64,000 nucleotides of DNA from Anolis carolinensis (lineage: Eukaryota), in NCBI RefSeq assembly GCF_035594765.1, contig NC_085842.1:434001-498000 (forward strand), given 5' to 3'. Both the position numbers and the translations under genes were made by a program. Every line of letters starts with the position of its first letter. Position 1 is the first letter of the stretch. Shown here piece by piece: positions 53,199 to 64,000 of the stretch. The notes beneath the pieces are model-generated. The model worked only from the letters and a program-made list of their open reading frames with translations, was not told the origin of the DNA and made no database searches.

Positions 53199-55328
53199 TT
53201 TATTTTTATACCCCACCCCATCTCCCCGAAGGGACTCGGGGCGGCTTACATGAGGCCTTGCCCAATACAATATAATAACAACAACAAAACAATAAAACAA
53301 CTATCCCAACAATAAAAACATCAGCATCAATAAAACAGTAATTAAAATCAACATACAGCATAAAACGTTAAAAACAAGAGACTAATACACAGATCTAGGC
53401 CAAAGTGCAGAATATTCCAAAATGGGTAGAGGTAGTTTCACAGCTAAATTGGACAATAAAGTGCAATGTAATAATGGCAAAGCATCAATGATGGAGCTAT
53501 TGTAGAATGGGCAGATAAATCAAACCCACAACAATTAATCATCAAAGGCCTTTTGGAAGAGCCAGGTTTTTAGGCTCTTCCGGAAGGAGAGGAGGGTGGG
53601 GGCCTGCCTGATCTCTCTAGGGAGCGAGTTCCAAAGCCGGGGGGCCACGACGGAGAAGGCCCTCTCTCTCTTGTCCCCACCAACCGCGACTGCGAGGGTG
53701 GTGGGAGCGAGAGGAGGGCCTCCCCCGACGAGTGAAGAGAACGTGCGGGTTCATAGGGGGAGATGCGGTCTCTAAGGTAGGTGGGTCCCAAACCGTTTAG
53801 GCTTTGTAGGTAAGAACCTGCACCTTGAATTGGGCCCGGAAAGTAAATGGCAGCCAGTGGAGCTCCTTAAACAGAGGCGTTGAGCGCGCCCTGTAATTTG
53901 CTCCGGTTAGAAGCCTGGCTGCTGAGTGTTGTAATTGTAATTTCCGAGCCGTCTTCAAAGGCAGCCCCACATAGAGCGCATTGCAATAATCCAGTCTAGA
54001 GGTAACTAAGGCATGGACCACCGTGGTCAGATCAGACTTCTTGAGGAATGGATGCAGCTGGCGCACAAGTTTTAATTGTGCAAAGGCCCTCCCGGCCACG
54101 GCCGACATCTGGGCCTCAAGCGTACCTCCCCATCCCATATTTCTGGCGTGAGATTGGTTACTAGTGGTGTACATTCGGGTAAAAGCTTGCCACGTTTCGT
54201 TTCCGGCTTTTGTTGCGGGGCTTGATCTGTTTTCGGAAAGCCTCCCGAAATTGGGAGGGTTGCTTTCGATTGTTTTGTTTCAAGGGCCCAAAAATCGTCC
54301 CATTATGGGGGGGGGGGGGGCGTCCTACCCACTGGCTCCCCTTCCTGAGGCGTTCGGCTGCCTGGCAGGCACTGCACTTCTTCTCTTCCTCCTCCTCCTC
54401 CCCTGATGCCCACAATGCCCTGCATTAACTCACAGAAGTCATGGCCAGGCAGCCCCACATCCAGACCTCAGCAAGCAAGCAGGAAGGAACCACTGCCCCT
54501 CCCTCCTTTGGTGGGCAGCGGGACGTGTGCGTGTGGTGGGGTGTGTGACTGTGCAGGCGCTCAGCTGCAGGCAGGCAGTGAGAGGTGTGCAGAAGCTTTC
54601 CAGGCCTGCCTGCACACCCCACGCCACACACAAACTCTCACTGGACAGAAAGTGTGTGTGTGGCAGGGCGCAGGCAGGCCTGGCAAGCGCACATTCACCT
54701 CTCACTGCCTGCCTGCAGCCAGCAATCACACACCCACACACACACACACACACACAAGGCGTACAGCCTTTTCGACCTGTGCTCCAATTCTGTGGAACTC
54801 ATTGCCTCCATATGTTAGAGCAATGTCGGAGTTGCGACCTTTTGGAAAAGCGCTCAAGACTTGGCTGTTTAGTTGTGCATTTAAGTAAATCAGATCTAAT
54901 TTGCTAAATAGTCACTGTTGAAAGTTTTTATTTTGAATGTTTTTATATTGTGGAATGATATTTTAAATTGTAAGTCGCTTGGAGCACTCTGGTGGAGAGC
55001 GACTAATTAAGAAATAAAGTGAAGTGAAGTGAAGTGAGGAGGAAAAAGAGAAGAAGTGTGCATGCATGAAATTTTGGCTCCACATGAAAGCAGGCTTTCG
55101 TGTCGAGCTGAGTTTTGTGTGGGGAGGGGGGCTTTCTGTTTCGTGCTTCCGAATAAATGGAAGACACGGAAGAAATGGTAAGAACGAATTTCATGCCCAT
55201 GCCTATTGGTTACTATCTTCCCATTCCTTGCAATCACAAGTCTTCCCACTGTGAGTAAAATAATCACCAATTCTTTCTCTTCCAATTCTAAATTCAACTT
55301 TGTGGCATCCATTAGTAATGGTAACCTA

Positions 55329-56203
55329 CCCTGTTTCCCCTAAAATAAGACATCCCCAGAAAATAAGACCTAGTAGAGGTTTTGCTGAATTGCTAAATAT
55401 AAGGCCTCCCCTGAAAGTAAGACCTAGCAAAGTTTTTGTTTTGAAGCATGGGCAACAAACAGAACATCAGAGCATGCAGGATCGGTAAATGTACGTACCA
55501 TAGAGTGTTGTACATGGAAATATTGGTAGTAACAAGAAATTCACAGTTTGTCTGGTTATGCTGGTTTATGATGGCAACTACTGTACAGTATAGAATAAAT
55601 GTTCATTTTATTTATTCAACAATAAATATTAATTCTTCTTCATGGAAAAATAAGACATCCCCTGAAAATAAGACCTAGTGCATCTTTGGGAGCAAAAATT
55701 AATATAAGACACTGTCTTATTTTCGGGGAAACATGGTAGCATCCGGGGCAATGTTTATCCTATAATGTTCCCTATTTCCATAAATATACCCTGTTTCCTC
55801 AAAAATAAGACAGTATATTAATTTTTGCTCCCAAAGATGCACTAGGTCTTATTTTCAGGGGAAGTCTTATTTTTCCATGAAGAAGAATTCACATTTATTG
55901 TTGAACAAAAGAATGAACATTTATTATATACTGTACAGTAGTTGTCATCACAAACAAGCATAACCAGACAAACTGTGAATCCTATCAAGAATTTCTTGTT
56001 ACTACCATTATTTCCATGTACAATGATCTATGGCACGTACATTTACCCATCCTCCAAGCTCTGTTTGGCGGGCATGCTTCCAAACAAAACTTTGCTAGGT
56101 CTTTTTTTTGGGGGGGGGGGGGGGAGGCCTTATATTTAGCAATTCAGCAAAACCTCTACTAGGTCTTATTTTCAGGGGATGTCTTATTTTTGGGGAAATA
56201 GGG
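55329..56203. mobile_element. Two MITE copies in inverted orientation (55329-55736, 55789-56203)
   Basis: Each TA-flanked with cc.tgtttcc.c.aaaataagac TIRs. Confidence 0.85.
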
Positions 56204-56865
56204 TATTGTTCCAGAAACGCTTCAGCTAGGGGCATTCCCACCATAAGTGGAAATATGTCCCTTTGTGCATTCCAGATCTCCAGCAGTGATTACTTTGTTT
56301 CCTATGTATCTCGTGTCATTTAACCGGTGTGGTATACCATCTCCATATGACTTTATACACGTTTTCTTTTACTCTTATTGACAGATTCTGAACCACTCTC
56401 CCATTTTCACAGATATTTCTTGCTTTTCAAGTTTACTTAGCCATTCTTCATATTTATTTAACTCTTGACATATGGGATTTTTACCAAACCAGACGTTCTT
56501 CCATTTATAATAACTGCTGTCTCCTCCTTGCCTCAGAAAATGCTCTAAGCAGTTTTGGTGCTTGGTCAATGGACTGAGAAATTCAAGTAATTCAACCCCA
56601 TCAATCTCTCCATCAAATGGATATAGTCATTTTTCCACCCTCTTTTGGAAAGTCAAAGCTCAGTGATAGATTCTTCTGAATTGACTGACTGGCCCCCTGT
56701 TTCAGTAGGGAAGTTGCAGGTCTGTACTATCTCCCAACTTATTTCAGGCTTCTCTTATTCCAACTATATGTTATATCGCGGTATTTCTGTCAAGCATCCA
56801 TTCCGTAATGGTTTTCTCTGGATTCCTTCTTTGTGATCCTTTGTCCAAATTCGCTGGGAACTCTA

Positions 56866-57347
56866 TTTATTTATTATTTATTTACAGTATTTCTATTCCG
56901 CCCTTCTTTCTCACCCCGAAGGGGACTCAGGGCGGATTACAATGAACACATATATGGCAAACATTCAATGCCAACAGACAAACAACATTCAGTTTTAGAC
57001 AGACACAGAGGCATTTTTAACATCTTTCCAGCTTCACGGTTCCGGCCACAGGGGGAGCTGTTGCTTCACCGTCCATTGGTGGCTGTTCTTCCTCTTCTTT
57101 TCCTCGTGAGCAGTTTTATGGTGTTGTAGATTAGTTAAATTAGCCTCCCGCATAAAGCGTACCTTAAATTTTCCCTACTTGACAGATGCAACTGTCTTTC
57201 GGGGCTGCTAGGTCAACAGCAAGCCGGGGCTATTTTTTTTTTTAATGGTCGAAGGCTTAACCCGACCCGGGCTTCGAACTCATGACCTCTCGGTCAGTAG
57301 TGATTTATAGCAGCTGGTTACTAGCCAACTGCGCCACAGCCCGGCCC
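56866..57347 (-). mobile_element. Full-length tRNA-headed SINE; 5'-truncated sister copy at 59055-59392
   Basis: Reverse complement of the 12951 family. Confidence 0.85.
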
Positions 57348-57625
57348 CTAGGGAGTACGATCTAACCAGTTATGGCCTGATGTAAATGTAACTCCTCTTT
57401 CTGCAACAACCTTTTCCAAATATCAACGTTTTCTTTCAAACATAGGGCCCCACTCAGACATAGGCATCGCAAAGGCCTTTTGCAAATTAGGTCAAATAGT
57501 AGACAATCAGAACATATGGGACTTATAGTCATTAGAGATATCTCTGAAAATTCTCTTTTTAAACCCATGTCCCCCTCACAATTAATCCTACACATAGGGC
57601 CAAGCAGGGCTGCATATTGAAAGTA

Positions 57626-58204
57626 CAGTAGAACCCCGGTAGTCCGAGTCAAACGGGCGGACCTAAGCTCGGTCAACCGGATGACTCGGATTACCAGGCC
57701 TCTCGGTTGGGAGGCAGCATGAATCCGGAGGAGTTTGCACCCTTCCGGATCCATGCTGCCTTCCAGCGGAGGGGAGACCTCCATTGAGTGGGTGAATGGG
57801 GAGGGCCGCAAAAGCCCTCCCCGTTCACCCACCTGCCCGCCCGTACCTCGGCTCCTTCGTCACGCCGGGCCCAGCAACACTGGTGCCCGGCGTGGCGGAA
57901 GAGTCGGACATGCGTGTTGCTAGGTAGAAAGCAAGCTACCAAGCAACACGCATGGGGCGCTCGCCCCTTGGGAGGTGACCCCTGCGTGTTGCTAGGTAGC
58001 TTACTATCTACCTAGCAACACGCAGGGGCCACCTCCCTAGGGGCGAGCGCCCTGTGCATGTTGCTAGGTAGCTTGCTATCTACCTAGCAACACGCACGTC
58101 AGCGAGCAGGTGAACGGGAAGGGCCTTTGCGGCCCTCCCCGTTCACCTGCTCGGATTGCATGGAGGCTTGAACGAGTGGGGCTCGAACGAGCGGGGTTTT
58201 ACTG
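57626..58204. mobile_element. Tc1/mariner-type MITE with three internal palindromes
   Basis: TA|cagtagaacc..ggttttactg|TA. Confidence 0.8.
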
Positions 58205-59566
58205 TAAATATTTCATTACTTTTTTCGTTATGTAATTGCGCAAGGGAGGGAGTGTTCTATCTCTGTGCTTAACTAAATGAACTGGAAGGCACCGTAGCAC
58301 GAGGGACAGATCGGAGACTGCATTTGGTAAATCAAAATATGTTATTAATAGACAAATTGAACTTCCTTTCCTCTTGTTGCCACTACAAAATCTCTATGAG
58401 GAAAGAAAAATCTTTTAAGTCTATGCATTTCTGGATGGATATTGCCACACAGCATAAATAAATAAATAAATAAATAAAGTCTTGACATTACTGGATTCTT
58501 TGTATCTTTCAGGTGACTTTAATACAATATTGTCATGACTTTCTCAATTACTGCATTATATGGTTTCTTAATCTAACTTGAACACAGTTCTGACATGACG
58601 TGAATTTCTGTGCTCCTTTTAGCTTCCTACACTTCCTTCCAGTGCTTCACCAACTGACAAAATCTAACTGACAAAAATAACTGCCATTTCCAGGCTAAGC
58701 TCGGCCCCCTTAGAATCTTAAAGTTAACAGGGCAGCAGGTGATGTTCTTCCTCCTGGTGGCACATATTTACCACTGTCTCCCCCCCCCCCCCCCCACAAG
58801 TTTCAGAACATTTAGCTCATTCACTGATTTTGAGGAATTTAAAAAAGTTTTTATGAACAACTTAAAACAGCAAGAGCGATCTCTTGAATTTCTATTTTCA
58901 GTGATACAACATAACCAGGGCATCATTCCCACCAAGTTCCATAAATATTTGTACATCCCTGATTTTTAGGGTATTTTAACCAACTTAAATTTAACAGTAC
59001 TATTTCCTTGGAAGACCCCAAATGCCATCCATTCCAACTGCTAGGCTGAGTACCTTTATTTATTTATTTATTTATTTACAGTATTTATATTTCGCCCTTC
59101 TTTCTCACCCCGAAGGGGACTCAGGGCGGATTACAATGAACACATATATGGCAAACATTCAATGCCAACAGACAAACAACATTCAGTTTTAGACAGACAC
59201 AGAGGCATTTTAACATCTTTCCAGCTTCACGATTCCGGCCACAGGGGGAGCTGTTGCTTCACCGTCCATTGGTGGCTGTTCTTCCTCATTCTTTTCCTCG
59301 TGAGCAGTTTTATGGTGTTGTAGATTAGTTAAATTAGCCTCCCGCATAAAGCGTACCTAAATTTTCCCTACTTGACAGATGCAACTGTCTTTCTACACTG
59401 TGCTTCTGCATCCCAATCTCTGTTTTTGTGGTCTCAGTGTAGAAGTTAATATTTTTCTTTTTCTCTCTCTTTGCATTTGTTCTGCCTGAGGTTACATACC
59501 TTTGTGGTATAGGTCTTGTAATAATACAATATGTCTGTGGCCTAATGTGCTCTCAATGTCTCCAGG

Positions 59567-60781
59567 TGTGATGCCTCATGGGCCTTGTAGTCCTGCTCAT
59601 AGTGCAATCGTGACAGATGAAGACGAAAACATGGGTTTTTCACCGGTTCAACAAGAGCCGGAATCTTTCCAGCTGCCGGATGTTTTCGCCCAAGAACCCA
59701 GTAAAACAGACCTTGGGCATTCCTCACCCCCGTTCCCTAGGAGACAGTCCTATTCTGCAGACAGGGGAGTGAGAGAACAGACTCGCAGGAGCTTACGGAT
59801 TGCAGCTAAACAACAGGCTGATTAGCCATGCTTCCCTTGGGAAATTCTAAGGAGTTTCACATCTGGACAAAATTGGGTTTCGTTTCCCGTTCTCTAGGGA
59901 AAGAGGTCGTTGGCGGGAAAACGAGACCCTAATATAGGTGCCTGGCACGTTAGAATTGTTGCGGAGTCAACAGAGCAGCTCCAGAAGCAACTTCGTGTTT
60001 CCAGCCTTGTGTGGACTTCGCAAAGTCCGCAACCCCAGTTCCTTGCCTTCCGGATCAAGTATTCAAGATTTGTCTAGCCTTGTTTTTAGCCACGGACCTT
60101 GTTCTTAGAATCTCTGTTTCGCCTTGTTCCTAGTCACGGACCTTTTTTAAAAAAATATTTTTTATTGTTATTATTGAAAAAAAGTTACAATTATATAAAC
60201 ATGTTCTATACATTTCCCCCTCTTTTATTTACATCCACCCCTGTGCTCCCCTTCCCCAGAGCCATCTCTTCTTCTGTAGTCCCACCAAAAGTTCAATTCT
60301 TCATTTGGAGGTAAATTCCCATCTTCTTTTTCCAATAATTTTTCTAGAAATTTTCTCCAAATACTTTCAAAATCATTTTTTTTCCATAATCCCTTCTTTA
60401 CTTTTAAATTTGATGTTAGCTTGTCATTCAGTGCCATTCGCCAAACTTCTTTATACCATTCACGGACCTTGTTTAAAGATTCAAGTTTGTTTCCAGCCTT
60501 GTTCTCAAGCTACCTTGGACTTCAAAGACTCTGGGCATTTTCCCCACACTATTGCTTGGCAATAGTGTGTGTTTCGGTTATTGGATTAAAAACTTTGAAC
60601 TCTAATATCATTTATTGGACAATACATTTTTGGACTATATTTGACCTCATTTGATAGGTCTGCTTCTGAACTATACTCTTCACTTGTTTTTATTACTTTT
60701 ATATATTTACTTAATAAAGATATTAGATAGATATTGGTCTCTGCGTCAGGTTCTTGGTGCTCCGTTGCCTCGGGCGTGACA
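59567..60781 (+). mobile_element. Solo LTR with a nested L1 3' fragment (60145-60459, minus)
   Basis: TG..CA ends (tgtgatgcc / ggcgtgaca), 5-bp TSD CCAGG, AATAAA near 60713, empty site in paralogue near 17660; L1 TSD TCACGGACCTT. Confidence 0.88.
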
Positions 60782-61440
60782 CCAGGTGCCTTGCTTTAGA
60801 AATGTTGGACAGGGATCATGCTGCAGGGATAGAGACGATCAGGAAAATGCTTTCCAACCTTAGCCCCTTTCTGTGGTGACCATACTGTTAGAGGTCTTCA
60901 TTTACAAAGGTTGGATTAGAAGCTTAACCAATTGTAGAGCAAGAAATCTCATTCACAGAATCTTGGGCCACAATCCCCTTTGTATCTGAGCAGGGATTTC
61001 TCTTTGTTTGGCAATTGGCTCTCTGAGTTGGGCTAGTCATTTCCCCTTCTTCTCCTGCATTTGCTACAGCACTAGGCTATTGTTTTTCATGTCCAGTGAG
61101 ATCTTTCTTTGCTCCACTCCTGATGAGATTTTCCTCTCATTTGTCTGGCAGGTAACCTCTGAATGTACCTTCTGAAGAACACTTTGCCCCTTTTTAGGAC
61201 TGAAATGAAAGTACACAGCACTGACAAGAACAAGAAATAAGTTGGAGAAATTATATTTCAACTACATGCCTGTGTATTCAAGGAGGAAAGGAATGATTGT
61301 GCTGTAAGAAGAGGGGCTTGGTAAAGAGGAAAGAAGACTACAGCAATCAATACAAAGACTCAAAAGAGGAAATCTCATCCTGTTCTGGAGTACATAATTG
61401 TCAACTTCTGGCATAATATTTGAATCATAAATATAAAAGA

Positions 61441-62235
61441 ATGGAAAATCTTGATTCCTTGTCAAAATCACACACAGGGGTGAAGCTACATAATTGTATG
61501 GACTGTGGGAAATGTTTCATTGGGAGGAGCTCCCTTAATAAACATCAACAAACTCACACTGGGAAGAAGCCACATAAATGCATGGAATGTGGAAAGATCT
61601 TCACTCGGAGTGCACATCTGAATATCCATCAAAGGACCCACACAGGGGAGAAGCCACATAAATGTGTGGAATGTGGAAAGAGCTTCAGTGAGAGTGGAAA
61701 GCTGCGTATCCATCAAAGGACCCACACAGGGGACAAGCCACATAAATGCATGGACTGTGGAAAGAGCTTCAGTGATGGTGTGAATCTCCGTACCCATCAA
61801 AGGACCCACACAGGGGAGAAGCCACATAAATGCATGAAATGTGGAAAGAGCTTCAGGCAAAGTTCGACTCTGCGTATCCATCAAAGGACCCACACAGGGG
61901 AGAAGCCACATAAATGCATGGAATGTGGAAAGAGCTTCAGGCACAGTTCGACTCTGCGTATCCATCAAAGGACCCACACAGGGGAGAAGCCACATAAATG
62001 TATGGAATGTGGAAAGAGCTTTAGTCACAGTGTGAGTCTGCGTTCCCATCAAAGGACCCACACTGGGGAGAAGCCACATAAATGCATGGAATGTGGAAAA
62101 AGCTTCAGTGAGAGTGGAAGTCTGCGTATCCATCAAAGGATACACACAGGGGAGAAGCCACATAAATGTAAATCATGTGGAAAGAGCTTCAGTCGGAGTG
62201 GACAACTGCGTCTCCATCACAGGACGCACATATAA
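61441..62235 (+). CDS. Gene D: effector-less C2H2 protein, 9 fingers, 264 aa; decayed fingers follow the stop
   Basis: ATG aligned with the ATG of gene C; [19 protein letters not shown] repeats; upstream 82-nt exon candidate 61070-61151. Confidence 0.85.
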   Translation: MENLDSLSKSHTGVKLHNCMDCGKCFIGRSSLNKHQQTHTGKKPHKCMECGKIFTRSAHLNIHQRTHTGEKPHKCVECGKSFSESGKLRIHQRTHTGDKPHKCMDCGKSFSDGVNLRTHQRTHTGEKPHKCMKCGKSFRQSSTLRIHQRTHTGEKPHKCMECGKSFRHSSTLRIHQRTHTGEKPHKCMECGKSFSHSVSLRSHQRTHTGEKPHKCMECGKSFSESGSLRIHQRIHTGEKPHKCKSCGKSFSRSGQLRLHHRTHI

Positions 62236-62239
62236 CTGA

Positions 62240-62389
<150 letters not shown>

Positions 62390-64000
62390 TAGTAGAATTT
62401 CCCCACTCAAAGGTGCCAGTCAGAAAAAAATGAGAATGGGCAGACAGATGAAGTCCACCACCTTGGTCTGCATCTATCGTGTACAGCACTTTCTGTGGTC
62501 TGGCTTGACTGATCCTGGGGCAGGTCTCTCACAGAGGAGGATTTTTCTCAGTATTGCAGCCAGCTTGGAAGGGGTTAACATGACCTTTTCCTCAAAAAAA
62601 AAAAAAGCAGCGCAGGCTTTTGGGATGATTTGTGAAATGAGCAGCAGCTGAGATCTCATGAGAAAAGGGTTCTGGAAAAGAATATCTCTTTTGTAACATA
62701 TAACGTCATGCATCTGGCCCTGGATCTTGGCTCTGCTGCCCCTTGGATAGAATTCTGGACTCTGGCCTTGTTCCTATAATCCTGTTCTGGACTCTATTGT
62801 ACCCTGAATTGTTTACTTTAAATTCTGGACTGACTTCTTGGCTTGATTGATGGACTTGGTCTTCTTTATTTATTTATTTCCGGTATTTCTACCCCGCCCT
62901 TCTCCCCAGGGGGACTCAGGGCGGCTTACAAATTGGCAACACAGTGCCATCACATCAACAATACAAAAGGCATTAAAAACTAAAAACATTTAAAACATCA
63001 TAAAAACCAATATACAATAATAAAACATTACCATGCACCGAGGTAATGTCCTTTTCGTTCACTAGACCTTGTTAATCCAGAATCTTAAAAACCGACCGTG
63101 TCAAGCTCGAAAGTTCATTCATTGAACGCTTGCGCACATAGCCATGTCTTTAGTTTTTTTTTCTGAACCCTAGAAGGGAAGGAGCCTGCCGGATGTCACT
63201 GGGGAGGGAGTTCCACAGCCGAGGAGCCACCACCGAGAAGGCCCCATCTCTCGTCCCCACCAGCCGCGCTTGCGAGGCAGCTGGGATGGAGAGCAGGGCC
63301 TCCCCAGATGATCTTAAAGTTCTTATGGGCTCATAGGAGGACTTCAGTTTGTATACCTGCCTCTCTGGCTTGACTTTTGAATTCTGACTTCGGTTTGTAC
63401 TCTTGCATTCTTGGTTGTTTCTTTGTTGTTGTTGTTGTTATTTTATGAACTGTGGTGACTGCATTCCTGACATCTGATTATTGGACTGCTCCTTGGCAAA
63501 TATTTGTTTTATTTGTAAATTACGTGGTCATACTTTTAATTGCATGCCGCTTTGGGTCTCCTTCGGGAGAGATAAAACGGGGTCTATGTAAACATAATAA
63601 TAGTAATGCCTGCATAGAGTAAACCCCCTGTAGTAATTGAGACTGTTCAGTCATTACCATTAGCAAAGGGTCCTTTAGCATACATAGCATCTCTCCCAAA
63701 TTGCACGGATGAAGATGCTTGAATCTGTTGAAATAGGCAAATCTTCTAAGTTGATGAAATATTTCTCTAACTACAAACAAGATTGGGACCTACTAATTTA
63801 TTAGCTATAATAATGAGGGGGCATTTGTTTATTGTGGGTTTTAGGAATTAGTTTCATATAATTAGAAATGGAAGAGTAAATATAGAACAGCATTTAAAGT
63901 GAGTAAATAGAGATACAAATCAGCATGCAGTGAGAGTTTTGTAGTTTCATTTTTCTATTAGTTTTGTTCTTATTATGTAGGTATTTGTCCTTGAGTTTTT

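Overview
Vertebrate (squamate, very probably anole lizard, judged from the SINE/LINE repertoire) genomic DNA: a transposon-dense C2H2 zinc-finger gene cluster. It is a tandem duplication of a head-to-head gene pair. Each pair has a minus-strand SCAN-KRAB-C2H2 gene (A: <1-11928, KRAB exon broken; B: 25416-34534, intact, 602 aa) and a plus-strand effector-less C2H2 gene (C: 18 fingers, 18441-20003; D: 9 fingers, 61441-62235), separated by GC-rich promoters. Best observations: (1) 11 fixed-spacing RFX X1 / CRE X2 / NF-Y Y modules resembling the MHC enhanceosome in the ZNF promoters, five amplified as a 97-bp VNTR. (2) A textbook HDV-like ribozyme fold starting at the first base of a full-length Vingi LINE, retained with compensatory changes inside a tRNA-headed SINE, plus a 14-bp 5'UTR-3'UTR pairing that the SINE keeps as a hairpin. 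(3) A 539-bp deletion in gene A that removes the KAP1-binding half of KRAB and predicts a SCAN-only or KRAB-dead isoform. (4) A recursively self-nested MITE/SINE composite whose opening halves form a 179-bp satellite. All of this was read by eye; no database searches were run.
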